Shown here: piece after piece, positions 39,441 to 53,419 of the stretch
Layout: every line of letters starts with the position of its first letter
Position numbering within the stretch: the first letter of the stretch is position 1
Source: Octopus bimaculoides
Lineage: Eukaryota
Assembly: GCF_001194135.2 (NCBI RefSeq)
Contig: NC_068981.1
Coordinates: forward strand, 121,378,131-121,442,130
Direction of reading: 5' to 3'
Length of the DNA stretch: 64,000 bases
Notes under the pieces: generated by a model
Told to the model about the DNA's origin: nothing
The model's database searches: none
What the model saw: the letters and a program-made list of their open reading frames with translations, nothing else
Position numbers and translations under genes: made by a program

Positions 39441-41149
39441 CCTCCTCATCGCCATTATGTTTGCCGTCGTTGGCAAGCTAATTTGCTGAAAAGAATGTGT
39501 CATTCATTGGACTCACTGGGTTTATATTAGTATTTCACTTTTCTATCTGAATAAGAATATAGTTGATAACTACATAAATTACGATATGTATGTAGTGTTC
39601 ATTTCTTACACTAACCTGTTAGTAATCCTGTGACGACCAGAATCTATGGATATACCGCATCGTGAATTTTAGTATTGATAAATACAGTACTCTATTAAAA
39701 CACTGAAAATGACCTCAAATAATTACTAACATATCACTTTTATTTTTATTCTAGCTTAGAAGGTGCACTCCTTGCGAAATCCTGAGGTAGCTGCTGTGGA
39801 GGGCTAATTGGGCGTGCGGCCCAAAACTAAGTGAGCTAAAGAGCATGGCTATAATACATCTATAATGACTGTATGCGCCGCTGGTGTTTAATCAGAAGTT
39901 AACGACGGATAAGAATTAATACTGTAATGCAATCATTCTATTGTTCCAATCCCAATTTGAACTCCGTTGGCCGATTTGTCCCAAAGTTCTTATGTCGACG
40001 TAAAATTAACGAAGCGAATGTCACTTCTCTCCCCTTGATCTCTGACGTCATCTGACAGACGCCAACCAAGATGGTGTGAATCAGCCAAGCTTTATCTGCA
40101 AGAAATAGGAACCCAAATGCTTTAAAATCAGATCCTAATGCCAGCTGTTCAAGAACCAAATGAAGAACAGATTTTTAATCCCTGGATCATCCTGACTCTA
40201 AAAATATATAATATGTTTATGTAGAGCAAATATAGGCTGTGATATTGGGGTCTCAGACAGACAGAATTTCACGTTTATTAATGTATAAGTCTCAAACAAA
40301 ATTTCGTATAAGGTGAAGAAGGTGAAGACAGATCATAAAATCACAGAAATACAAGATAACATTTATTAGAAAGGCAACAAAACTACCAATAGTATAGTAA
40401 TTATCAGTATAGCAATAATAAAGGAGTACTGTTTATGGTACAAAAGCAAGCGCCCGAGCTAAGCTAGAACACCAAGTTAGCTGCTGAGTTGAAAACATTA
40501 TGGTAGCTACATCATTTCTGCTTAAATGTAAACCGCGTTTTAAGTACTTATATTATCTTATTAGTGCGCAATAAATAAAGCAATCACTCAGTCAAACATA
40601 CAATAAATGTCGCTGAAAACACAAAGCCAGTTTTTCTATTCGGAATTATCTCATTTGCAATAAAGCCATCTGTTTGTAATCTAGGAGTTCATGTAAAACC
40701 TGTGTACGCTTGGAGCAAATAAACATATTTCTCAGTAATGCCATACAAGCCATGTCGAAGATGCAGCAGTTGGTAAGACATCGACAACAGTATTAAATAA
40801 TAATAATTTTGAAACTATGATACTCGTACATGTTGATACTCGTACTGTTGATGGAATTAATATAATTTTCAAGTGTGAGTAGAGTATTTACACTGCAGTA
40901 AATTGACTATAAAAATGTATAGAAAGTAACCTGCATCATTCTACATGGATGTTGCTGCACACAGTCACATTAAACTATAGCAATAACTTGATTAGCAAAA
41001 GTAATATGTTCCACGTTTTTTTAAATTCTAGTATTAGAAACTTTCTTATCACAGGAAGGTAAAATATTTTTTCTGCAGATAAGATTTTCAAATTATTGAA
41101 AGAACAAATGCCTTTTTTAAATTATAATAAACCTATAACAATGCACCTA

Positions 41150-41171
41150 CATATGTATGTATGTATGTATG

Positions 41172-41204
<33 letters not shown>

Positions 41205-41261
41205 GTGTGTGTGCACGTGTGTTTGTGTGTGTGTTTGTTTGCATGTGTATGTGTGTGTGTG

Positions 41262-41350
<89 letters not shown>
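41150..41350. repeat. (TATG)n-(TG)n microsatellite
   Basis: Directly visible. Confidence 0.95.
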
Positions 41351-41351
<1 letters not shown>

Positions 41352-43734
41352 TATGAACAAAATTATATAATTCAATAATTATAATTCAAATTGCATACAG
41401 AAATATTGTTGAAACAATATTACATGTACTTTCCTAAAGACATATAAACACATTCTTCACTTTATGAAACATGCAAGATCTATAAAGCAATAGATATAGA
41501 GTAGAACTTTTGTTACATGTGCATTTTTATAAATTAGGCATCAAAAATTGGTTGATTTGCTCTCTTACGAACCTCTACTTTTTCCACTTAACAATATATA
41601 ACGTTCGATCACTTTTGGAAAGTTGTTGTAAAGCACAACATACATTCATAAGGATTTTTGATACGGTCTCTGTTCCTAAAAACAGTTGTGGATTAGTTTC
41701 ACCTTCACCATCTGAACTCCTAGTAGTTATCATCCGCAAGCCACAAAATCTGAATATTTCTTCATCAACTTCTTTAACTTCCACTTCATACGCCACTCAT
41801 GCAAAACAGCGTTACTATTTATGCTTAGTATGTTTAATTCTCACCCCGAGGGCTTTCTTTAATAACATCTAGATACAGTTTTTTTTTGTCAACATACACC
41901 CAATTAGAGGTATGTTTGTTTTTATCCCTTTTATGTCGTCTTTCTAGAATCTTTTGACAGATTAACATTTCCTATAAATCATTTTAATCTGACTTCCAGT
42001 TTTAAGACGATATGGCTTGTAAACGTAAATAACTCACAAATTATACTATAGTGTGGATGTTATGCTCTATGGAATGAAATACATGAGTATGTATTAAGAG
42101 TACGGTTACATTTGAATGATATAGGAACTGTAATTTTCATACGTTTCAAAAAGAATCTAACCTGAAATGCGACCGTCTACTTGTAATAGCATTGCATAAA
42201 CCTATATTATTTAACGAATTTTATTGTTACACCGGAAATTTTTGTCGAATATACAGTGATAAAAATGTTGGCTTGAACGTCTTTCTGCTGTAGTATCTGG
42301 GTCACTTTTATTGAACATTAATCAACTCTGGAAACCGGCTCTCTTTTATGAAAATAGGGTCGTATGGTTTGAAAGTGAATTGGCTCCTAGTTATAACAGG
42401 CTCCACAGTTGGCTCTTTTATGAACATATAAATTGATTCAGTGCATTTTCACAAAGACGATCCCAATTTTTCTCAACGTTACGCTTGTGAAGAGTTAAGC
42501 CTTCTCTGATTAAACAATGTGCATTACTGATTCAGGTTTTCCGAATCCTGTAAATATTATACTTTATTAGAAACATTTATTGGTTTCTTAATTAGTTTCG
42601 AAAGCAGGCATTTCATGGGGGATATGACTGACATTTTGCGATATTAATGCCTTTGTAAAATTCATTAGTGATTTAAATAAAATGAATAAGCTTCAAGCGG
42701 ATATCACAGTCACGTTGTTGTCTCGAATTTCCATTTACAAAAATATCAGACTTTAAACAGTTGATAATTATGCGTGTTTAATTTAGTAGATGAGATATAT
42801 TGGAATTAGTAATGCTTATTATATGTTTCTGTTGGGAAAAGGTGTTGAAATAATACTGTTGAAATGAAAAGAAAGACGGAAAAACTAACAACATTCCTAG
42901 AAGTAAAAAAGCGGTAGTAAACTGAAATAATATTTGAACTTCCAGGTAAAATTGTTCACTTGGCGTTAAACGATCGACATTCTAACCAAGTTTCGTTTCT
43001 TACTAACTTCATAAACTATAACATATATAATACCAAATAATATAATCTACACTATATCTTACTTGTCTTCACTTAATAATTACATTCTCTGCAATATATT
43101 CTAAGTTAAGATGAATACGCAACGAAAGTACGTCTGTTGAGTTATATACGCATTTCCGCCTTGAGAATAAAATTGTCTACTTCAGAGGAAAACTAAAAGA
43201 AAAAAAAAACTTTTTAAAAATCGTATTTTCATATTTAAAGATTCTGGTTTTAACTTGAATAATATATAAATTTCATAAATTTCTAACATTCAGCAAATAA
43301 TCTAAATTAATTCAGATTTATTTTTTAAGTGAATTTTCTCCTATATTGAGATTTCATTAAAGCATCTAAAAAAATATATGTATAGTGAATGTATATGTGC
43401 ACACGTATATATATCTATATAGATATATGTGTATGTATAACTGTGTGCATGTGAGTATATGTGTGTGTGTCTACACACGCGCGCATCACCCCACATATAT
43501 ATGTTCAAATACATATACACATACACTCAAGAACACGCCCATTTACCAACACGTACACACATATATGCACACATACATATATATTGATTATTGCCATGGC
43601 GTAATGGGTGTTATAAGAAATAGTAATAGATAGTAGACTGCTTTATTCTTCATGAATAATATTACTAGCAAAACGTGTGTTATATATTTGTTTTTTAATA
43701 TTTGTATAAGCATAGAAATTTTTTACTAAAATAG

Positions 43735-43736
<2 letters not shown>

Positions 43737-43799
<63 letters not shown>
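43737..43799. repeat. (AT)n microsatellite
   Basis: Directly visible. Confidence 0.95.
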
Positions 43800-43801
<2 letters not shown>

Positions 43802-44573
43802 TATATACTAGATACAATGTTCAGTTTTCTTACTAGGATTAGGATGAGAAATTATTATATGATCGTTATCAACATTTTCGTAAATATTTAAAATGTTTAA
43901 ATGTTCTCGAATAGTGCAACTTTTTTTCAACAGGATTCAATATACACGGTTCTAATTTTGGATGGGAAATATATACACATTATTAATATCTGAATTAATA
44001 TTTAAATAATTTAGTATTCTTAAACAGAAAAGAACCTTTTAACAACGAGCAATATTCCAAGTCTAATTTGGATGAAAATGTACATGTAGCGCGATATTAT
44101 ATATATAGTAATTTAAACTATGTTGAGTTTAGTAAGCAGAGACGATGAAAGTACTCATCTGGAATTTATTTTACCAATATTTCTGGGTTTGTTAAGTGCC
44201 ATTTAAACGAAACGAAGGATTATGTTGTCCCGATGAAAGAATGTTCACAAGGCCTCTGTCCATACAGTCAGCAAATATCACGCGTAAGTTTGCTTCTTTG
44301 AAGCTGTAATGAACACCATGTAAGTAAATAGTAATAATTTGAATTTTCCGTTGTAGTTTTGAAGTTGCTGTTGTTGATGTTGTCAATTATGCATGTTGGT
44401 AAAATATTTAGCTTTCAGCATTCTCTCGTGTCACTCATGGAACTGTGGACATACTGGGGATCCGCATTGAAAGGCAGAGTCGAATAAATCCCTCCATTGG
44501 TGAAACATTGCATTACGCAGATGTAAACAAACCAAAACCGATTGCCATATTGAGATAGGAGAAGAACAAACAT

Positions 44574-44610
<37 letters not shown>

Positions 44611-44919
44611 CATACATACATACATACAAATATATATATGTATGTATGTCAAATGTCGTATAAGCTCTCACAGACAGTACCTGCCAAAACAAAAAACAAA
44701 AAATCCAGCAGAAACGGGAAAATTTCAGCAACGCTGCGTGATAGTGGTGTCAGACGTGGCATGCAGACACTGCGTTTGAGATTGTTTGCTATTGCTTGCT
44801 TGACATTGCGTTTTTATTCTTCTCTTTATTTTGACTTGCACATTGCGTTCTTTTCTTCTTTTTTTCTTTTCCGTTCATACAATTTAGTGTGCACATGCGT
44901 ATTGCGCATTCATACTTCT

Positions 44920-45790
44920 TTTTCCCATTCCAACTCACAACCATTTACAGATCACAACCATCTCACGATTCGTGATATTACATTAAACTTCGAAGTGTGT
45001 ACATTTGCAATCCAAGAGCAGGAGATTACTACTAAATACCAAATCAACCAAAGAGACTGTGAAGCCCATGGAATTCCAAGATGCAACCGAAAATATAGAT
45101 TATGTCTTATTTCTGTTGAAGATATCACACATGTGATTAGCAGCTGTCCAAAAAATATATCAAGGAATTACCTTCCTCTGCCACACAATGTTTCTGCAAA
45201 AAGAAACAAAAAGAAAATTAAATGTCATCATGAATGGCCTGGTATGCATATAGAAAATCCCCCTCTTGTTGAATATGCGCACAAATATCAAGACATGGAA
45301 TACTGGTTGAACATTTCCATCAAAACATCTGTCAAGTGGAAAGCATAACACGCCGGATATTGTTTGGGAAAGACAAGAAAAAATATGTATCGTCACTGAC
45401 TTTAGCTGTCCTGCTGATGTGAATATCACTTTGAAAATCAAAAAGAAAGGGAATAACTATGTACAGCTGTTTCGAAACATCCAGGTTCTATAACCAGATT
45501 GCCAGTCTACTATTATAACAATAATATTTGGTGTACTTCGTTTGTGAGTAAATGCCTAAATGACAGTCTGGATACGCTTTGAATTCTCAGAAAAAGAAAC
45601 GAATCCACTAACTCGTGCATTGCAAATACAATCTGTAAGTGGTGCAGTAAAAATATGGAAGTCTATTCTTAAGTTGAAAATGTGGCATTGTCTTCGTCAT
45701 CTACATTGCAACAACAGAGTTTTGTATCTTTGTTCGTTCGAAGGCGACTCCTTCCTCAAAGGAAGTATTTAAATTGAATACCGGCGAGAA
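44920..45790 (+). mobile_element. 3' part of REL-endonuclease non-LTR retrotransposon (zinc knuckle + REL)
   Basis: FAIQEQEITTKY, (C>Y)RLC....EDITHVISSCP knuckle, PDIVW...CIVTDFSCPADVNI, LQIQSVSGAVKI. Confidence 0.85.
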
Positions 45791-46222
45791 CCATATATAT
45801 ANNNNNNNNNNNNNNNNNNNNNNNNNNNNNNNNNNNNNNNNNNNNNNNNNNNNNNNNNNNNNNNNNNNNNNNNNNNNNNNNNNNNNNNNNNNNNNNNNNN
45901 NNNNNNNNNNNNNNNNNNNNNNNNNNNNNNNNNNNNNNNNNNNNNNNNNNNNNNNNNNNNNNNNNNNNNNNNNNNNNNNNNNNNNNNNNNNNNNNNNNNN
46001 NNNNNNNNNNNNNNNNNNNNNNNNNNNNNNNNNNNNNNNNNNNNNNNNNNNNNNNNNNNNNNNNNNNNNNNNNNNNNNNNNNNNNNNNNNNNNNNNNNNN
46101 NNNNNNNNNNNNNNNNNNNNNNNNNNNNNNNNNTGAAAATATATGGAAGACATATATAAAAGAGGGGAAGAGAAATGTCTTCATTTCACATAGTTTTAAT
46201 ATCTTTTTATAAAAAATATATA

Positions 46223-46617
46223 GGCGTAGGAGTGGCTATGTGGTAAGTAGCTTGCTTACCAACCACATGGTCCCGGGTTCAGTCCCACTGCGTGGCATCT
46301 TGGGCAAGTGTCTTCTACTATAGCCTCGGGCCGACCAAAGCCTTGTGAGTGGATTTGGTAGACGGAAACTGAAAGAAGCCCGTCGTATATATGTATATGT
46401 GTATATATATATATATGTGTGTGTGTGTTTGTGTGTCTGTGTTTGTCCCCCCAACATCGCTTGACAACCGATGCTGGTGTGTTTATATCATAGTAACTTA
46501 GTACTAGGCTTCCAAAGAATAAGTCCTGGGGTCGATTTGCTCGACTAAAGGTGGTGCTCCAGCTTGGCCGCAATCAAAAGACTGAAACAAGTAAAAGAGT
46601 AAAAGAGTAAAAGAGTA
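46223..46617 (+). mobile_element. SINE family A, full length (resembles octopus OK-type SINE)
   Basis: A box TGGCTATGTGG, B box GGTTCAGTCCC, internal (TA/TG) tract, tail (GTAAAAGA)3. Confidence 0.92.
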
Positions 46618-47204
46618 TACGTATTTTATGGATGGCAAACGTCTCATAAAATGTAATGATATCCAACCAGTTTCGCTATTTAAAGTAGCTTTTCAAGGGA
46701 GATTGTGAAGTGAAAATTCCTTGAAACAAGGGATCATGCCATTTTGGATTCCTGAAGAAGTAAAAATGAGTGGAGAGAGTAGATAAAGTGAGGCAACAGG
46801 TGGCAAATTGTGTAAAAGGAAATTGAAATTAAAATTGAAATGTACAAAAAGTCTCTTTCAGTTTATAATATATACCAGAGGTATGTTTATCTGTGCATTT
46901 GTGTGTAATTTATAATACTAGTTCTTCATTTTGTCAATATTGAATTATTATACACAAAGGAAAAATCCTTGGTCAATATAATGTAATATAAATTAAATAA
47001 GCCAAAGAAATACGTATATATATTGGCCAATAAATTGAGTGAAAGTGTTACAATTCATGTTCATATTTTCAGTTTTTATATTTTTATTTATCATTATTTG
47101 AAGGAATGTGTAGGGAGCAGGTGGTCAAGTTTGTATATTAAGGTGTGGTCCCGTGCTTTTGTAAATACGACGGCCTTTTTTTAGTTTCCCTCTAATCAAA
47201 TCTA

Positions 47205-47312
47205 ATTATGAGGCTTTGATCATCCTGGTCCTAGCTGCCATGCAGTGATACTGAACCCAGAACTATGTGGTCAGTAAAGAAACTTCTTACCTCTCAGCCA
47301 CATCTGTGCCTA
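47205..47312 (-). mobile_element. SINE family A head fragment
   Basis: ctgaacccagaactatgtgg...cttcttacctctcagccacatctgtgcc. Confidence 0.65.
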
Positions 47313-47349
47313 TATACAATGTTATTTTTACGTAGCTGGTTTAGACTTC

Positions 47350-47562
47350 CAACTGGTAGAATTGTTAGCACGCTGGATAAAAATGCATGGCGGCATCTAG
47401 TGCGTGTTAAGATTCTGAGTTCAAATTCAACTGATGTCGTCTTTGCTTTTCCTCCTGGGATCGATATAATAAGGCAACATTTGAGCATGTTAGTTGATGT
47501 AATCTCGATTAGTACCTGCCCATAAAATTCCAGGCTTTGTGCCTATATTAGAAAGGATTATT
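47350..47562 (+). mobile_element. SINE family B, diverged
   Basis: ctggtagaattgttagcacgc, ttctgagttcaaattc, ctttgtgcctatattagaaagg. Confidence 0.75.
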
Positions 47563-48915
47563 ATGTAGCTAGTTGCTGTAAATGTAACAAATATTGTCTT
47601 CCATAATCTGTGAATTTTTAGACTTGCTTAATATTTCCCCCCTTTTTTTTATTAGAGGATCTAATATGTACTGTTATTCAACATATCAATGTTGTTTCTC
47701 TCATTTCATCGAATTATCCCTGATTTTGTTTCCACATTATATTTCTCTGCCACAAGTTTCTTCTTTACAAACGTTTTTTTTTTTAGTTTACTGCATTAAT
47801 ATATATTGTTTGATTGATATAAACATTAAGATATGGATATTCTTTCCTACCTCTTAGTGACGACATATTCGAAGATCATGCCTCAGTATTTATACATGCA
47901 CTGTGTAAAATTCAAACGTTAATCGAAGAAACTTTAAACTTTAAAAAATATATATTCATTACTCATTTCAATTGAGTGAACAGATGAATTACTGGAAAAA
48001 GAAGAAAAAAACTCTTTACTTCATATATAGATTTACGAGTCTTATATTAACTTTCACTTATGAGGATTTATAGGTGAATTTTGAGGTAGAAAAGTTACGT
48101 AAAGCATAGTATAAAGCATAAAGTGTTATATTTTGTTCTTATCTTCAATTTTTATATGGTTGAATTTATTCATTCAAAATTTAAAGTTTGACTGCAGAAA
48201 TAAAATACACCTGCTGGTTAATATTCGTTTAATCAGCTAAAATATGTTAAAGTTACATTTATCACACATTGCTGTTTATTTAGATATGAATGAAAATGCC
48301 TTTTTATTTACCCCCCACTTCTCATTATTTTCATGATATTTTTACCAACGCAGGAATAACCTTTTTAAAAATATGTAACTGATGAAGCGGAACGATGTAG
48401 AAGGGAATGTATCCTACGGTCCGATGACGTTACTCACAGTCCAAAATAGAGTATGCAGTTTTTCAAGTCTATATTGGAGAATTTATCACTTGGGATTATT
48501 CCTGCTGCAAAAGGTCTTATCACATCTTATTACACTCGAACGTACAAGACATTTATTTGCAGGCATATATCTTATCCAACATTGTTTCGTGCGCTTTATT
48601 TGGTTGATTCTAGCTTAACATCATCAATAATTCCGTTTGCTGTTTTTATAAGTAAAATTTTATACTTATCAGGCTCTAGGTGATGAGTTGGTTTTCATAG
48701 CTCACGAAGCGGACCTACGCAGAAACGTATGAGTCGTATAGTCTAATGACGTCACTCACAGCGGAAAATGAAAATGTGTATGTACTATCCGGATAATTTT
48801 CTTCCGTGGCTATTCCTGCCGCGAAAGTTATCTCTGACAATTACTTTAAAATGAGCTAAATATGACGTTACTGGAATATGTTTTATTCGACGTTGTTCCA
48901 TGCAATATTCTTTTG

Positions 48916-49313
48916 TAGTGGCTGTGTGGTAAGTAGCTTGCTTACCAACCACATGGTTCCGGGTTCATTCCCACTGCGTGGCATCTTGGGCGAGTGCCTT
49001 CTACTATAGCCTCGGGCTGACCAAAGCCTTGTGAGTGGATTTGGTAGACGGAAACTGAAAGAAGACTGTCGTATATATGTATATATATGTATGTGTGTAT
49101 ATGTTTGTGTGTCTGTGTTTGTCCCCCCAACATTGCTTGACAACCGATGGTGGTGTGTTTACGTCCCCGTAACTTAGCGGTTCGGCAAAGAGACCGATAA
49201 AATAAGTACTAGGCTTACAAGGAATAAGTCCTAGGGCCGATTTGCTCGACTATAGGCGGTGCTCCAGCATGGCCACAGTCAAATGACTGAAACAAATAAA
49301 AGAGTAAAAGAGT
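48916..49313 (+). mobile_element. SINE family A, full length
   Basis: Highly similar to 46223-46617; tail TAAAAGAGTAAAAGAG. Confidence 0.92.
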
Positions 49314-51149
49314 TATAATTGTAGTAGAAGCGCGCGCACACTAACGCACGCACACACACATACACACGCATGTACGCACGCATGCACAAACTTATATTAA
49401 AAGTTTCAAATAAAACAATATATTGCTGGCATATATAATTTTGTTGTATCACTTTATACTGATGTCATGTGACATGAGCCACTACTGTATGCATAGTCGA
49501 TGATATGAGATAGACAAGAACTGTTAGTTTTCTTTTTCCGTCAATTCTTTCCCAAATTAAAGTAGATATATTAAATGTTTCTTTTCTTTCTACAACTGCT
49601 TTGAAGGGTGACAGAGTGATTGGATGCATTATCACCTCAGGCAGTAGACAACGCCCTCTGTTTACAGCTTGGGCCATTCTGAAGCATATCTTGCTTTGCT
49701 GAAGATATCGGGATCCCTTTCTGATGTCTTTACTAGGGTCGAGTTAATAACAGATAATTCGTTTTAGAATAAAGATGATCTGCTGCTGGGATTACAATTC
49801 ATTTTCATATTGGAAATATATAATTTTTATGAAACAACAACAATTATGATTCAAAATAGAGCCCGGCTTTGTTATACTAAGATTATTTGAAAGCAAAGAA
49901 TTGATGAACAAATATGTCTAACCTCGAATAACATTCCAATTATGTTGTAAAATAACATTTATTTGTACTTAAAAAATATTGTGACCTAAAATATCCATAC
50001 TTTGAGTTTCACTTATGAAGAATATTCTGGAAATATTTCAGTTAAATTTTTGGAGAGATCGCTTTAGTAAAAATTAGCTTCTCGGTCGCTAAAAGCTGAT
50101 TTTTGGTTGTTGGTATTCCCTTGGAGTTACTTCCTTAATGGTTCTGGAAAGGATTCAGGTATCACATAATATCGTCATTTTCTTTTGGCAGTAAAAAAAG
50201 CAAGTGTGTTTATATTTCAGAAATCAATACTTGCACATGATAGCAATGCTACATCCACTCGTTACTGTTATTATCAGAGAACTAGATCTTCTTTCTGCAA
50301 TGCTAGTTTGTTACTCACATCTGATACTGAATTTCGAAAACAAATCAACCTTCATTAAATTACTATGATACTGTTAAAAGTAATTACAAAGACATACTGT
50401 TATTACTGCTAGGCTTGTTACTACTAAACAAGTCTTCGTATCAAAGTAGCTCTGCAAGGCTTATTAACATTGACTTTGTGTACTGTAGCAATATATGTAA
50501 CTGTGGGGCTGTTACTACATGTGTATCAGTATCTTTTTTCTAGTTAATGAGAATATAACATTAGTCCCGGTTCGTGTTCTATATATCTCTTTTATGAAGT
50601 AGTTTCTTACTGATTCCGCCTCTTCTACGTCTCCAGCATAGAAATATCTCAAATACATTTCCCTAAGTAAAGCTAAGTAGTGTTATGTCTAAAAATGCCT
50701 GGGTAGATAATAATATTTCCGTTTCCCAGTTCGCTTGCATCCGCTTAACATCTTTGCTTCAGATAACACAAACGGAATACACAATAGCTATGTGCCAGTC
50801 CCTCGACTGAAATATTAGTGGAGACAAATGTATTTTCCAAAGTCAATTCAGCAACAGCGGGATATCTGCTACAGTCACGAACCACCAAACGGACTTTTGT
50901 GCAGTTTTTCAGAATGCTAGAAATGGAAGTCGGTTTTCTATTGAACCATAGCTTATCACACACAGAAAAGGAAGAAGGCCACATAAGATAATATAGACAT
51001 TCCCATTTAAAAAGTGGAAATGGTCATAAAATTGATCATATGCATTGATCATATTCCTATATTTTCAAAGATGACATGTGGTTAAAAAAGAGCCAAATGT
51101 AGACATGTAACTCATATACTGTATTCAAAAACGGAGATTCTTGATACTA

Positions 51150-51340
51150 ATATTGATTCAAATTTTGGCACAAGACCAGAAATTTTGGGGCAGTGGGTAA
51201 GTCGATTAGTACTCTAGTACTCAACTGTTACATATTTTATCGATCCTAATTACGAACAGCAAAGTTGACCTCGGTGGAATTTGAACTCAGAACAGACGAA
51301 ATGCTGCTAATGATTTCAGCCGGCGTGCTATCTCGCCCTC
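51150..51340 (-). mobile_element. SINE family B
   Basis: aaagttgacctcggtggaatttgaactcagaac, aaattttggcacaag. Confidence 0.8.
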
Positions 51341-51709
51341 TTTCTTGACAGCAATATTAGAGTCATATCTAGCGAAAAGTCTAGGATTCATTTACTGTTA
51401 ATCTTTTCTCAAAGAAAGGAGTAACCAAATTAACTCTAACCAGCTGCATATTCTGACTGGCACTGTCAAATATATATATATATANNNNNNNNNNNNNNNN
51501 NNNNNNNNNNNNNNNNNNNNNNNNNNNNNNNNNNNNNNNNNNNNNNNNNNNNNNNNNNNNNNNNNNNNNNNNNNNNNNNNNNNNNNNNNNNNNNNNNNNN
51601 NNNNNNNNNNNNNNNNNNNNNNNNNNNNNNNNNNNNNNNNNNNNNNNNNNNNNNNNNNNNNNNNNNNNNNNNNNNNNNNNNNNNNNNNNATATATATATG
51701 TATATATAT

Positions 51710-51905
51710 TTCGCTTTTGGATTTGGTTTGCAAGATTCTTTATGCGAGTTTGTGTTGAAGCATATTCTTTTGTGTCTGGGGAGAGTCATTTTCTTTTTGT
51801 GCCTTATAATTTAACACACTCACCGGTAAAATTTCCACTTATTCCCTTTTATTTTTTCCAAAAATTTTCGTTGCGTCTTGCAACCTTTTCAATAGTCTTG
51901 ACTCT
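51710..51905. repeat. Probable dispersed repeat of unknown class between microsatellites
   Basis: Non-low-complexity block embedded in (AT)/(TG) tracts with terminal hairpin gttgc/gcaac; class not determinable here. Confidence 0.3.
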
Positions 51906-51949
51906 GTCCGTTATTTACACTGCGTTCCTTTTTGTTTGTTTGTGCGCAC

Positions 51950-52500
51950 GTGTGTGGGTCAGTGTGTGTGTGTGCCTATGCATGAATGCATGTATGTATG
52001 TATATATGTATGTATGCATGTGTGTGTATGTATATTTGTGTGTATGCATATGTGTATATGTATGTATGTGTGTGCATCTGTATGTATGTATTCTACATAT
52101 TCATATGCTTGCTTGTCCGTGTTTGTGTATTCTTTATGTATGTGTGTGTGTGTGTGAGCGTGTGTTTGTATATGTATGCACCTCTGTCTCCTTGTGTGTG
52201 CATGTTTGTGTATGTGTGTGTGTGTGTGTTTTGCAACTATGTACCATGTTTGTATGTATGGATGTGCATATCCATATGTGTGGACACGCGTCTCCATATG
52301 TGACCTTGTGTGAAGTAAAGTGTGTGTGTATATATGGTCATGTGTTTCAGCCTCCATTTGCGTATGTGGGCTTGTCTATTCATATAACTTATGTACCTAT
52401 CCATCTGTATGTTGATCTGTTTATTTTCATATTCATATGCTTACATATGTGTGCATATACACATATATACCCCCCCCCCCACACACATACATACATCTAT
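51950..52500. repeat. Degenerate (TG/TA)n low-complexity field
   Basis: Directly visible. Confidence 0.9.
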
Positions 52501-52509
52501 CTACATAAC

Positions 52510-52985
52510 AGTAAAATTAGTACTTGCAACCACTCCAACGACTCAAAGATTGTGTAGTGGGTAATATGGATGTGATTTCACTCTACCCATTTATAGACAT
52601 AGATTTTGCTGTGGAGAAATGCATTCAGGTAATCTGTGAGAGTGAGGTGGAATTCCGTAAGGTCAACATGAAGGAAATGGACCTCCTCCTCAAATTATAT
52701 TTTGACAGTAACTATTTAGGTGACCATGACCTCAGGTCACAGAGGGGAAGACCACCCACCGTCACTTCAGCAGTGAAGAAAAGCACCACAGAGCGCTGGA
52801 GTGGCTGGACCGCACCTACCCTGAGAACAACGATCAGGTGAAAGAAACGATTGCAAATGCAGTAGGGGCCAGTGTAAAATCCACCTTAAAGAACCACATA
52901 GTAAAGTTTAACAAAAAGCTATACATGCAGGTTCAAGGTACAGCCATTGGTGTCGGTGTAGCTAGAGATGTGGCTGGCCTATCAT
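52510..52985 (+). pseudogene. Penelope-like reverse transcriptase fragment
   Basis: VGNMDVISLYPFIDIDFAVEKC (RT motif A) and, after a frameshift, LKNHIVKFNKKLYMQVQGTAIGVGVA (motif B, QxxGxxxG). Confidence 0.8.
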
Positions 52986-53419
52986 AGTTAGGACCAACTC
53001 TAGTAACGGTAATGTAGAAACTGAGAAGAACGTAATGCTTGATAAAACTTGTATATATAAAAATATACCTCTGAACGTGGAGGGACATTTGAATCAATTC
53101 CTCGAAATACACTTCGTTAGGGAATTCGCGGCATGTACTGTATGAACTTACGCTGGTATATCGTTTAATGTTGCTATGAATATAAATTTCTAAACTTTTC
53201 CCAAGCTGTATATTTTATGAAATATGGAAAACATTGCTCTCAGTTAACTCCAAAAAAATTGTTCTAACAGAAAATCGCCATTGATCCCATTTTCAGACAG
53301 TTTTCATCACTTCCTCAATGTGTCTCTGTATACATGTGAGGTTCTCAGTCTCCGTCTTCTCTTTTCTAATTATTTCAGAGGGTGAGAGGGGAAAGGAGGA
53401 GGGAAAGAAAGAAATATTG

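Noticed and set aside
38937-39530. Poly-Ser/Pro/Arg ORFs
   Set aside because: Open in several frames because of (TCC)n/(TCG)n; no domain.
41575-41796. Protein-like minus-strand ORF (EVEVKEVDEEIFRFCGLR...)
   Set aside because: No recognisable family and no convincing acceptor; cannot be supported without RNA-seq or TBLASTN.
48378-48430. CTGATGA near 48379 as hammerhead
   Set aside because: No GAAA after a stem II.
51870-51905. Hairpin gttgc/gcaac followed by GAAA on minus strand (hammerhead-like)
   Set aside because: Upstream core is CTATTGA-aaag, not CTGANGA in register.
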